From NCBI GenBank assembly GCA_948479395.1, contig CAOLUI010000002.1:1282-65281 (forward strand): 64,000 nt of DNA, read 5' to 3'. A program made the position numbers and the translations under genes. The notes beneath the pieces were generated by a model. It saw only the letters and a program-made list of their open reading frames with translations. It was not told where the DNA came from and searched no databases. This DNA is from an uncultured Bacilli bacterium (GTDB lineage Bacteria > Bacillota_I > Bacilli_A > RF39 > UBA660). The first letter of the stretch is position 1; each line of letters opens with the position of its first letter. Shown piece by piece: positions 39,592-48,318 of the stretch.

Positions 39592-39811
39592 TGTATATAA
39601 TAAAAACTAAACTAAAATGACAAGATGACAGTAGTTTGAGAGGCCCTCATTACTATTGTCATCTTGTCATAAAAAAGATAACTGAAAAAAAGTAGATAAA
39701 GCATTTAAAAATATAGTCAATACCGTTAATGAAGATATTGAAAAAGGGAAATATGTAATAAAAATAGATGATAATGATAGTATAATAAATAAATTAGAGT
39801 ATGGAGAAGAA

Positions 39812-40159
39812 ATGAAAAAAGAGAAATTAGTTAGTGAATTTAATAAGATAAATGCTGGTAGCAATTTAAATGAGATTCAAAAATATATTACTAAAATGAT
39901 GGATGTAAATAGCTTTAACAATACACCTTTAGAATTGTTTTGTTACTTAACTGAAGAAGTTGGAGAATTAGCAAAAGAAATTAGAAAAACAGAAAAAAAT
40001 ATGGATATGGATATAAAAAAAGAATATGAATCTTGTTTAAAACATGAAATAGCAGATGTATTTATATATTTATTGGCAATATGTAATTCATATAATATAG
40101 ATCTTTTAGAAGCTTTTAAAGATAAAGAAAAGATTAATTTGGATAGAGTTTGGAAGTAA
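39812..40159 (+). CDS. MazG-like nucleotide pyrophosphohydrolase
   Basis: EEVGELAKEI...EIADVFIYLLAI is a typical MazG EExxE/D helix pair. Confidence 0.65.
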   Translation: MKKEKLVSEFNKINAGSNLNEIQKYITKMMDVNSFNNTPLELFCYLTEEVGELAKEIRKTEKNMDMDIKKEYESCLKHEIADVFIYLLAICNSYNIDLLEAFKDKEKINLDRVWK

Positions 40160-40890
40160 AAAAGAGAGTTGATAGAATGACTAAAAGCAAAACTTTTTCA
40201 GATAGTGTTCTAGAATTTAATGAATGGTTGGCTAATATATCTTTAGATTTATTTGATAATTATAGCATTAGTAACCCATTTAATGGTAAAAACAAAGAAC
40301 AAATAAAAATGATAACAAATGCATTTTATAAGAAATATTATAATGACAATAATAAAAGATATTTAATACTAGGTAGTTCACCAGCAAGAAAAGGCACAGC
40401 TACAACAGGTATTCCATTTGAAGATGCAAGTCATCTTTATAAAGAAACTGGTATTATGATTGATGACTTTTATATAAATAAATCATCTTCGGATTTTTTG
40501 TATGATGTTATGGCACAATATGGCGGTTGCGAAAAGTTTTATAAGAATTTTTTTATGAGTTTTGTATGTCCATTAGGGATAGTAAATATAAACTCAAAAG
40601 GAAATGAAGTTAATTCAAATTATTATGAAAATAAAAAATTAGAGAATTTTCTCTACAATTTTATTGTTGATTCTTTAAAAAAACAGATTTCTTTTGGAAT
40701 TGATACATCAATATGTTATTGCATAGGAAGTGGAGAAAATTTTAAATTCTTAACAAAAATTAACAATCAATATAAATTATTTGATAAGATTATTGCTTTA
40801 GAACATCCAAGATTTATTATGCAATATAATTCAAAGGATAGGAATAAATATTTGAATAAATACATTAATGCTTTTAATAATAGGAAATAA
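40150..40890 (+). CDS. Uracil-DNA glycosylase superfamily-like protein (family unclear)
   Basis: LILGSSPARKGTATTGIPF resembles UDG motif A (G-x-x-P-G) and LEHPRF resembles motif B (HPS). The assignment is weak. Confidence 0.3.
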   Translation: MEVKKRVDRMTKSKTFSDSVLEFNEWLANISLDLFDNYSISNPFNGKNKEQIKMITNAFYKKYYNDNNKRYLILGSSPARKGTATTGIPFEDASHLYKETGIMIDDFYINKSSSDFLYDVMAQYGGCEKFYKNFFMSFVCPLGIVNINSKGNEVNSNYYENKKLENFLYNFIVDSLKKQISFGIDTSICYCIGSGENFKFLTKINNQYKLFDKIIALEHPRFIMQYNSKDRNKYLNKYINAFNNRK

Positions 40891-41126
40891 AGTAATAAAA
40901 ATTCTTCATAAACAATTGAAATAGGTAAAAATTTATCAAAAAGAATTAAAAATAAAAAAGGAGTAGAATATTTGAGAATAGATATACTCATAATGTTTCT
41001 AACTACCTTTTCAACTACCAAAATTTTAAAATTCATATAATACTTGTTAAATTTAAGTATTTTAAATCCTATTAAAATAAAGGTAAAAGTATTTAAATAA
41101 ACTTTGAAGTGCGTGAACTCTAACCG

Positions 41127-41158
41127 CCCCCTGAAGGAGCGCATAGCGCTCCATTTTT
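41127..41158 (+). repeat. Partial copy of the sRNA 3' end / att-like motif (CCCCCTGAAG plus GC hairpin plus T-run)
   Basis: aagtgcgtgaactctaaccgCCCCCTGAAGgagcgcatagcgctccattttt aligns with 32528-32590. Confidence 0.5.
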
Positions 41159-41272
41159 GTTTATTTATAAGGATTTGCTCATTTCAAAAAATGCTTTAGG
41201 TAATAATTAGGTAATATTTTTTAAAAATTATATATAAAATTTCTATAAACACTTAAAAAAATTGCCAAAATA

Positions 41273-41281
41273 TGGTATAAT
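41273..41281 (+). promoter_or_regulatory. Extended -10 promoter (TGgTATAAT) driving the retron-like ncRNA
   Basis: tggtataat lies immediately upstream of the structured region. Confidence 0.45.
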
Positions 41282-41287
41282 TTATTT

Positions 41288-41545
41288 GTACTTAGAAGCA
41301 GATAATAGCTTTATTTTGTACAATCAATACGGTGTAAGTCCGTGGAACTCTTTTTATGGGAGTATTAGCATTGCTATACGCAATAGCTAGGTAATGATAT
41401 GGAGTCCTTGTGGTTCGCTTGCAGACAAGCTGCAGCTCACCTACAAGTACTAGCCATACATGACGTAATTTGCCAAGTATATGGAGATTAATTAAGAATT
41501 CAGGTCGCTGCTTGCCCCTTTGTATTAATATATTGTATTTTTGTA
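41288..41545 (+). ncRNA. Candidate retron msr-msd-like (or DRT-type) structured ncRNA
   Basis: About 260 nt of non-coding sequence between a promoter and an RBS. It has local GC enrichment and several stem-loops: gctat-acgca-atagc, gcttg-caga-caagc, the gctgcagc palindrome, and an outer cttgtgg / cctacaag stem. It lies directly upstream of a reverse transcriptase. Confidence 0.5.
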
Positions 41546-41559
41546 AAGGAGGTAGGTCT

Positions 41560-41757
41560 ATGAAGAAAAAAGATAAACAAAAAGTTACGATTATTTTCGT
41601 AGTATTAGCATTTAGCTTTTTATTTGTAGTGAAGGTTTTGAATTTAAATTTATCTGAAACATTGTTAAGTTTAAGTTTTATAGGACTTTTAAAAGTCGCT
41701 TTAGAAAATTTTCCTAATGGGGAAGCCCTTCTAACGAAGCTGAGTATTATCACTTAA
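41560..41757 (+). CDS. Small transmembrane protein (~65 aa), candidate retron accessory/effector protein
   Basis: ATG preceded by the strong RBS aaggagg; MKKKDKQK followed by hydrophobic helices. The track ORF 41470..41757 probably over-extends upstream into the ncRNA. Confidence 0.45.
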   Translation: MKKKDKQKVTIIFVVLAFSFLFVVKVLNLNLSETLLSLSFIGLLKVALENFPNGEALLTKLSIIT

Positions 41758-41805
41758 TTAATTGCTGATATATGCTTGGCGTTTTTACGTTTTGGAGATG
41801 ATATT

Positions 41806-42972
41806 ATGAAAACAAAGATAAAAAATACAGAATCAATTTTATATAACAGAGGTAATAAAAAACTTGTGGCTGATTTATTGTCAGATAAGAAAAATAATAT
41901 AATTTTTACTAAAAACGATTTAAATAATATTATATATAAGTATGACAAAAAAGGAATTGTATTTTTTGAAAATAAAAAAACAAAAAGAAGATATAAGAAA
42001 ATGCCAAAAGATTATTCTCCAAAAAAGTATAGAAAATTTACTGATGTATTAGAACCACGTAAAACAGCATTAAAAAGATTAAATAAATATTTGTCCGAAC
42101 TAAAAATACCAAACTATGTTTTTGCAAAAACAGATGGTGGATATGTAAAAAATGCAAGATTTCATAAAGGAAATGTTAATTTTTTATTGATTGATATAGC
42201 TAGCTTTTATCCAAATTGTAAATTTAAAGATGTAAAATGCTTTTTTATGTCTGGTGGAGGATTTAGAATGAAAAATGATTTGGCACAAAGAATGGCTGAA
42301 TTAGTAACAGTACCAGAAAAATCAAATCCTAAAGTTAGGGTTATACCACAAGGATTCTCGACTAGTACATTAATAAGTTTTTTTGCTTATAAAAAAATGT
42401 TTGCAGAATTAAACAAACTAGCATTAGATAATAATTTAGCTTTTAGTACATATGTTGATGATGTAACATTTTCTACAAATGATAAAAATTTTGATTTTAA
42501 TAATATATTAGATAAAATAGATGCAATTTTAAAAACGTATGGTCACCAAAGAAAGGTAGAAAAAACTCAAATATGTTTATTGGATAATGGTAAATGTCCT
42601 ACCATAACTGGAATATGGATTAAAAGACATAAGGTAAGAGCTTCATCAAAAATGTATAAAAAATTAATATATAATTATAGATGGTTAACTTCAAATCCTA
42701 TCATAAATTCTGAGAGTTATTTAAGTTCTTGGAAGCATTTTGTTTCTTTAAACGGATTGTTAAATACTATTGATTATATCGAACCTATAACTCGTCAAAA
42801 AAGGGATTATATTAGAAAATATGTTGATGAGCACAAAAAACATTATTTACTAAATTTATCACCATATACAAAAAAATATAATAGTAATTATTGGAGAGGC
42901 AAGTTTTACAGTGCTTATTTAAGTGATAATTTAGAAGAATTTTATTTGGCAAATAAAGATAAATTAAAATAA
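41806..42972 (+). CDS. Retron-type / defence-associated reverse transcriptase
   Basis: RT motifs FLLIDIASFYPN (motif A-like), IPQGFSTSTLIS (motif B'), STYVDDVTFS (YxDD catalytic) and a retron-like VTG-type motif (PTITGIWIK). 389 aa with no maturase or endonuclease domains. The ATG at 41806 has a ggaga RBS; the track start at 41776 is a TTG. Confidence 0.75.
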   Translation: MKTKIKNTESILYNRGNKKLVADLLSDKKNNIIFTKNDLNNIIYKYDKKGIVFFENKKTKRRYKKMPKDYSPKKYRKFTDVLEPRKTALKRLNKYLSELKIPNYVFAKTDGGYVKNARFHKGNVNFLLIDIASFYPNCKFKDVKCFFMSGGGFRMKNDLAQRMAELVTVPEKSNPKVRVIPQGFSTSTLISFFAYKKMFAELNKLALDNNLAFSTYVDDVTFSTNDKNFDFNNILDKIDAILKTYGHQRKVEKTQICLLDNGKCPTITGIWIKRHKVRASSKMYKKLIYNYRWLTSNPIINSESYLSSWKHFVSLNGLLNTIDYIEPITRQKRDYIRKYVDEHKKHYLLNLSPYTKKYNSNYWRGKFYSAYLSDNLEEFYLANKDKLK

Positions 42973-42976
42973 AAAA

Positions 42977-43008
42977 AGTGGTAAGCTCCTTTGAACTTAC
43001 CATTTTTA
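42977..43008 (+). terminator. Rho-independent terminator after the RT gene
   Basis: tggtaagctcctttgaacttacca stem-loop followed by ttttta. Confidence 0.55.
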
Positions 43009-43013
43009 TGTGC

Positions 43014-44069
43014 TTAAATATCTATTTCTAAATCTTCATCTATAATGTCATTTTCTATAAGATTTTCTTCTTTTATGCGTTTAGCATTTTGGTTAATTAA
43101 CTTTACAATATCTTCTAATTTATTTTGATACATATGAGAATAAGTATTTAGTGTTTCATCTATTTTAGTGTGTCCTAGATATTTTGCTACTAAAGTAATA
43201 CTAGCACCATAATTAATTAAGAATGAAGCACAAGAATGTCTAAAATCATGTACTCTAATTTGTTTAACTCCTGCTTCTTTACAATTAGCATTTTTTCTTC
43301 TTCTAATTGTATCTTTATGAATAGGAAGATCATTTCCAAAAACATACCACTCTTGACTAAAATTTTGATATTGTTTTTGACTATTATATAACTTTTCTAA
43401 ATCTTCTAATAGAATATCATTGATAGGTAAATCTCTGTTGCTATTTTTAGTTTTTAAAGGACTCAATCTATAATTATCAATACTATAAATAGATGGAATT
43501 TGTTTATAAATTTTCATCATTTTATTATTAAAATCAATGTCTTTCCATTGTAGTCCACGAAGTTCACCTTTACGAAGCCCCATATAATATAATGTTTCAA
43601 ATAAAGGTCTAAATAATATATCATTTTCTACTGATATAAATTTATTAAACTCTTCGATAGTAAAAAATTCCATTTCTTTCTTTAATTCGTTTGGATTAGT
43701 AAAATTAGTCATTTTGTTGTACATGGGAGCAAAGTTAAAATCATACCATCTTGTACCAAAATTTAATATTGCTTTTACAAATTTAAATAAATCATTTTTA
43801 TAAGAAGTGGCAAGAGGTAATTTATTAATTTCCTTTTTCCACAATTCAAAATGTTTAATATTCATTTCTCGTAATTTAATTTTATCAAATAATTCTAAAT
43901 ATTTAATTCTATCTCTATAAGTTTTTATAGTGCTTTCTCTAACCTTATCACTTTGGTATTCATAAAATGTTAAATATAAATCTTTAAAAGTCATATCTCT
44001 ATGATTAATTGTTTGATCTAGTGATAACAAAAATTGTCTTTCTGCTTCTTGAGCTTCTTTTTTAGTCAT
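43014..44069 (-). CDS. int: Tyrosine site-specific integrase (IME module 2)
   Basis: VHDFRHSCASFLI...LGHTKIDETLNTYSHMY; paralog of 32648..33793. Confidence 0.9.
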   Translation of the reverse strand: MTKKEAQEAERQFLLSLDQTINHRDMTFKDLYLTFYEYQSDKVRESTIKTYRDRIKYLELFDKIKLREMNIKHFELWKKEINKLPLATSYKNDLFKFVKAILNFGTRWYDFNFAPMYNKMTNFTNPNELKKEMEFFTIEEFNKFISVENDILFRPLFETLYYMGLRKGELRGLQWKDIDFNNKMMKIYKQIPSIYSIDNYRLSPLKTKNSNRDLPINDILLEDLEKLYNSQKQYQNFSQEWYVFGNDLPIHKDTIRRRKNANCKEAGVKQIRVHDFRHSCASFLINYGASITLVAKYLGHTKIDETLNTYSHMYQNKLEDIVKLINQNAKRIKEENLIENDIIDEDLEIDI

Positions 44070-44204
44070 ATATTTTTTAGAACGATATAATTTATTTACA
44101 CCATCTAAACCTTTGTAATAAGTAGAAAAGTACCATTTTCTACCATCCTTAGTTTGTTCTTTTGCTTTTGCTTGAAAAATTGCTATAAAACATCACCCTT
44201 TCTT

Positions 44205-45647
44205 TTATATTTCAATTTCATAATCACCTTTGTCTTTTATTTCGTTTTTATCATAATCATAATAATCGTTATTTATTGCATCTACTATATCTTCATAATC
44301 CTCTAATTTTTCTTTGGGTTTATCTCGTTTTAATAATTTATCTATTGCCTTACACATTTTTTTGAATAGACTTTTCCACTTATTAACTTCAGTTTCTAGT
44401 TTAGATTTTAGACTTTCAATATTGTTATTTAATATATCTACCAATTCACTTAATTTATTAATTTCTTCTTTTTGATCTTGAATAGTAGATTTTTGTTCTT
44501 TAATAATTTCATTCCTTTTTAGGAGTTCCTTATTGTTTTTAAAAGTCTTATTTTCTTCAGTCAGTTTATTTATTTCAATATCTTTATTAGCATTATCTGT
44601 AGATAAGATTATTATTTTATGCTCTAAGCCACGAGTATATTTTATGATTCTAAAAACATCTTCTTCTTTATAGCCACCAAATTTCCTTTTAACAGGATTT
44701 AAAAGTTCTTTATTACTATTATTATTTTCAATGTTTTTAAGACCATTTTTAGAGTTTTCTATAATCTTTAAGGTATTTTCCCTTTCTTTATTTAATTCTT
44801 CTAATTCAGCTTTTTTCTCGGCTATATCATAGTCTAATTTAGTTTGGTTTTCTTTATTAGCTCCTATATCACCACGATAAAGATTAAATCCTTTTTCCGT
44901 AATAAACTTATTGAAGTCATTTTGCATTTGGTGAAAAGATAGCTTACCACCCTTATCTTTCCAAAATTGATCGTTATTTAAAAAGTTACCTTCAATTTCA
45001 TCATAGATGATTTTTCCTTTGTCATCACGAAGTAATTTAGAAACTATAGAAGTAGTACCATCTTTCTTTTTTACTTCTTCTTTGATAATATTTTCATTTT
45101 TATCTTTTACAAAACATTTCCTTTTAACTTTATTAACAACAGGAATAAAATAGGCTTGCAAGTGTGGAGTATCTTCATCATAATGAACCTGAGCGAAAAG
45201 TATATTTTCTTCACCTACATAATTCTTTAAAAACTCTATACAACAGTCAAAAAAGTAGGTAACAGCATTTGGTATATCTTCTTTTGATTCTATAATGGGA
45301 ATCATTACTGCTTGTCCTTTTTTATCTCCTGTATGATAAGTTCTGCCACTATCTTTAAATTTCATTCCAAGTGATTGGAAAAACTCAGGTCCACTTGTAA
45401 ATATTACACCGTTTAATAGATTAGTATTAGGTCTATCTAGATATTCAATTTTTCTTTTCTTTAAAGTCGTTTTTACTTCTTGATATAAATTTGGTTGTTG
45501 AAGTGAAACATATTCGTAGTTATATATTGTTCTTTCAATATCGTAATTACCTGTACCTTTTCTTTTATTCATTTCAACTCCAATATTATAAAGATCATCT
45601 TTCTTATATTGAGTTTCTACTCGTACTACTTGTTTGCCATCATACAA
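44205..45647 (-). CDS. mob: MobV-family relaxase (module 2)
   Basis: HYDEDTPHLQAYF motif; very similar to 33889..35367 along its whole length. Confidence 0.8.
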   Translation of the reverse strand: MYDGKQVVRVETQYKKDDLYNIGVEMNKRKGTGNYDIERTIYNYEYVSLQQPNLYQEVKTTLKKRKIEYLDRPNTNLLNGVIFTSGPEFFQSLGMKFKDSGRTYHTGDKKGQAVMIPIIESKEDIPNAVTYFFDCCIEFLKNYVGEENILFAQVHYDEDTPHLQAYFIPVVNKVKRKCFVKDKNENIIKEEVKKKDGTTSIVSKLLRDDKGKIIYDEIEGNFLNNDQFWKDKGGKLSFHQMQNDFNKFITEKGFNLYRGDIGANKENQTKLDYDIAEKKAELEELNKERENTLKIIENSKNGLKNIENNNSNKELLNPVKRKFGGYKEEDVFRIIKYTRGLEHKIIILSTDNANKDIEINKLTEENKTFKNNKELLKRNEIIKEQKSTIQDQKEEINKLSELVDILNNNIESLKSKLETEVNKWKSLFKKMCKAIDKLLKRDKPKEKLEDYEDIVDAINNDYYDYDKNEIKDKGDYEIEI

Positions 45648-45679
45648 TTTTTATCCTCCTTTGCTTATGTTTCTTTAGT

Positions 45680-45745
45680 AGTAGAGGTCATTTATGACCT
45701 ATCTCACTAGGGCATAGCCCAATCGTGAGTTTAGGGACACGTCCC
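45680..45745 (-). other. Candidate oriT of module 2
   Basis: Same 32-bp block as module 1 (tgacctatctcactagggcatagcccaatcgt), followed by the palindrome tagggac-ac-gtcccta. Confidence 0.5.
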
Positions 45746-45793
45746 TAAAAACCCTGAATATTTTTTGTTCGCAAAAAATATATAATATAAATA

Positions 45794-46741
45794 TTAATAA
45801 TTAATCATAGGTTCTTCATATCTTGCAATATAAACTCTTTCATTAGATGTTCTTTTCTTTGTGATATGCAAACCTTCTTTTTCTAAAGTAATTAAATTAT
45901 TATTTAGTAGCTTACCAAATACTGATGGTTGTATCATTAAACCTAATGTACTGGTAATTTCAGATATAGTAAAAGAGAATTCTTTTTTCTTAATAGCATA
46001 ATTCAAAAATATTTTTAACTCGTTACTTAATTCTTCAATTTCCTCATTAACTACTTCAAATATTAAATTCTCTTTTCTTTTTAAAATAAAATCTCGACTT
46101 TCATAATCTCGACTTTGATAATTAAAATAAATTTTATCTTTTAAATTATTATCTAATTTTAAAGTGATAATTCCATCTACAGCACCATCAATAGCAGTAC
46201 TACCTAATGTAGTATTTGTTTTATTTAGATGATGAAGTAACAATACAGTAATTCCATACTTAGAGCATAATTTTCTATATTTAGGTAATACTATTTGTGC
46301 CATATCTTGGTAATTATATAAGTCAAATTTATCATTTATATAAACTCCATTAAACATATCAATTATTACAAACTTACCTTGATTGATATTAGCAAATTCA
46401 CTAATCTTTTCTTCTAAATCATCTAGGTTTAATTTCTTTTTATCTGATTCTTGTTCTATTAAAAAGAAATTGCTATTAAACTCTAAACTCATTTTCTTAA
46501 TACGATCAGCAATTTGCGAAGAATCCATTTCTGTGCTAATATATAAGACAGGTGATGGATTTACTTTAAATCCTAAAAATATTGTTCCTGTTGCAATAGC
46601 ATGAGCAAGTTGTAGAGCTAATAATGACTTGCCCACTTTAGGACGAGCAACTAAACAATATAAGCCATTAGATTTCATAAGACTATCAACTATGAAATCT
46701 TTTTTTGTGCAATTATTTAGTATTTCATTAATTGTTTTCAA
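45794..46741 (-). CDS. AAA_25/RepA-like P-loop ATPase (module 2)
   Basis: ARPKVGKSLLALQL Walker A and IIDMF Walker B; paralog of 35503..36459. Confidence 0.6.
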   Translation of the reverse strand: MKTINEILNNCTKKDFIVDSLMKSNGLYCLVARPKVGKSLLALQLAHAIATGTIFLGFKVNPSPVLYISTEMDSSQIADRIKKMSLEFNSNFFLIEQESDKKKLNLDDLEEKISEFANINQGKFVIIDMFNGVYINDKFDLYNYQDMAQIVLPKYRKLCSKYGITVLLLHHLNKTNTTLGSTAIDGAVDGIITLKLDNNLKDKIYFNYQSRDYESRDFILKRKENLIFEVVNEEIEELSNELKIFLNYAIKKKEFSFTISEITSTLGLMIQPSVFGKLLNNNLITLEKEGLHITKKRTSNERVYIARYEEPMINY

Positions 46742-46753
46742 ATTTTCTCCTTT

Positions 46754-46993
46754 CTAATTAATTCCTTCTTTTGACATCTTTTGAAGATAATTAATATTAA
46801 TTTTTAAATAATTCACAACTTCATTCATTGGCAACAATTTACTAGGTAATTGATAACCTTTGTTTAACAAATTAATTCTAATTTCACTTTTCAATTTAGA
46901 AGCACTATTTTTGCCTAAACCTGTAAGTTTTCTTAAGTCATTTAAGTCACACCATTGTTTAGAAATCAAATATAATGTTTCTTTTGCGGTCAT
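46754..46993 (-). CDS. Small DNA-binding protein (excisionase/HTH-like, module 2)
   Basis: 79 aa; paralog of 36464..36697 (MTA.ETL...SKQWC.L.DL). Confidence 0.4.
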   Translation of the reverse strand: MTAKETLYLISKQWCDLNDLRKLTGLGKNSASKLKSEIRINLLNKGYQLPSKLLPMNEVVNYLKININYLQKMSKEGIN

Positions 46994-47021
46994 TTATTCA
47001 CCTCACTTTCTATAACTAAAT

Positions 47022-47140
47022 GAGGTTCAAAAACCACTTATTTTTGAACCTCTCTATAATAATTATTACATATTTCTACTATATTAGTCAATATATAATC
47101 GTACAAAAAGTTCAAAAATAATAAAATTTATTGTTTTTAG
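47022..47140. promoter_or_regulatory. Divergent control region of module 2: 12-bp inverted repeat plus reiterated GTTCAAAA boxes
   Basis: gaggttcaaaaa-ccactta-tttttgaacctc at 47022-47052; additional gttcaaaa boxes near 47103 and 47128. Confidence 0.4.
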
Positions 47141-47157
47141 GTTCAAAATAGTATATA

Positions 47158-47706
47158 ATGAATATACGAGGTGTTTTTATGGAAGATCAAACTGTTGGTA
47201 TGTTAATAACAGAAGCTAGAGAGAAAAAAGGAATATCAAAAAATCAACTAGCAGAGTTATGTGGTGTAAGTCATACTGAAATAGCAAGAATTGAATCTGG
47301 AGAACGAGAAGTACCAAATCCTAAAACTTTAAGAAAGATAAGTAAATATATAGATGTAAACTTTAATGAATTAATGTATGCTGCTGGATTAGGTTTACAG
47401 CTTGGCCCTGAAAGTTCTTTATTAAAAGAATATCATTCTAGTTTAAGAGGTCCAAAATTAAAAGAAGCATTGGTAAATGCTTTCTGTAGTTTACAAAACT
47501 GTAATAAATTTGAAGAATTTTTAAAAAAGAAGTTAGAAGATAAAAAGTTATCAGAAGAAGAAAAAGAAATTGTTAGACAAACAAAAGAAGATAATTTTTA
47601 TCAAATTCTTACTATTTACGAAACTATAAACCAATTACAAAAAGCTTTAAGACATGAAAAAGTTGAGAATACTGATGAAGATAGTTTATTAGAAAATGAC
47701 AAATGA
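47158..47706 (+). CDS. XRE-family HTH transcriptional regulator (module 2)
   Basis: HTH motif QLAELCGVSHTEIARIESGER. Confidence 0.7.
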   Translation: MNIRGVFMEDQTVGMLITEAREKKGISKNQLAELCGVSHTEIARIESGEREVPNPKTLRKISKYIDVNFNELMYAAGLGLQLGPESSLLKEYHSSLRGPKLKEALVNAFCSLQNCNKFEEFLKKKLEDKKLSEEEKEIVRQTKEDNFYQILTIYETINQLQKALRHEKVENTDEDSLLENDK

Positions 47707-47771
47707 CAGATAGATAAGGGGACCTATATTTTAATGTCATAGTGTCATAGATACAAAGAGGTGATTAAAAA

Positions 47772-48299
47772 ATGGAAATTACTTTATTAAGACATGCTGA
47801 AAGTGAATATAATAAAATAGGATTATTGCAAGGTAGAATAGATTGTAATTTAAGTGATGAAGGTATAAGGCAAACTAGAGAAAGAGTTAAATCATTTGAT
47901 AGTAGTAGTTATGATGTATGTTTCACATCACCATTAAAAAGAACTCTATTAACAGCTCAAATATTAGTTCCTAATTTACCAATTATTTGTGATGATCGTA
48001 TTATCGAAAGAAGTTTAGGTGACTGGGAAGATACACCAACATCTGATGAAAAGAAATTTTTATTAAATAATATTAATTCAACTCCACCTAATGGGGAATC
48101 AACTTTAGAAATAACAAAAAGAGTTGAGAACTTTGTTGAATTCTTAAAAGATAACTATAGTGATAAAAGAGTTCTTATAGTTACTCATGCTGGAATTGTT
48201 TATGCAATTCAAGTAGCACTTGGTTTAGAAGTGAAACCTATAAACAATTTAGAAACATTAACTATTGATTTAGAAAATAAACACCAAATAAAAAGATAA
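47772..48299 (+). CDS. Histidine phosphatase superfamily (phosphoglycerate mutase-like) protein
   Basis: N-terminal LLRHAES RHG motif and a downstream catalytic His (VTHAG). Confidence 0.7.
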   Translation: MEITLLRHAESEYNKIGLLQGRIDCNLSDEGIRQTRERVKSFDSSSYDVCFTSPLKRTLLTAQILVPNLPIICDDRIIERSLGDWEDTPTSDEKKFLLNNINSTPPNGESTLEITKRVENFVEFLKDNYSDKRVLIVTHAGIVYAIQVALGLEVKPINNLETLTIDLENKHQIKR

Positions 48300-48318
48300 A
48301 ATATAAAAGGAGAATATT

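Noticed and set aside
39667-39864. Minus-strand 65-aa ORF overlapping the hairpin and the MazG start
   Set aside because: Low-complexity S/L/F-rich translation, no RBS, and it overlaps the MazG-like gene.
40767-41144. Minus-strand 125-aa ORF across the UDG-like gene end and the att-like repeat
   Set aside because: It is antisense and hydrophobic low-complexity sequence. I also examined the ctaactacc...caactaccaaaat stretch here for similarity to the int1 3' end and judged it a chance low-complexity match.
41292-41948. Minus-strand ORFs (153 and 64 aa) over the retron-like ncRNA and small TM gene
   Set aside because: They are antisense to the structured ncRNA and the RBS-supported small ORF and have no translation signals. 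The ncRNA region is better explained as non-coding.
41776-42972. RT gene as a group II intron IEP or a DGR reverse transcriptase
   Set aside because: It is only ~390 aa and has no maturase (X) or HNH/En domain. No intron domain V/VI-like structure was found downstream, and no VR/TR repeat pair or target gene for a DGR was seen. The upstream ncRNA plus the xTG motif fit retron-like RTs better.
42812-43003. Minus-strand 63-aa ORF at the RT 3' end
   Set aside because: Antisense overlap with the RT gene and terminator.
45491-45697. Plus-strand 68-aa ORF at the mob2 5' end
   Set aside because: Same situation as in module 1: antisense and low complexity.
46383-46604. Plus-strand 73-aa ORF within rep2
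   Set aside because: Antisense to a supported CDS.
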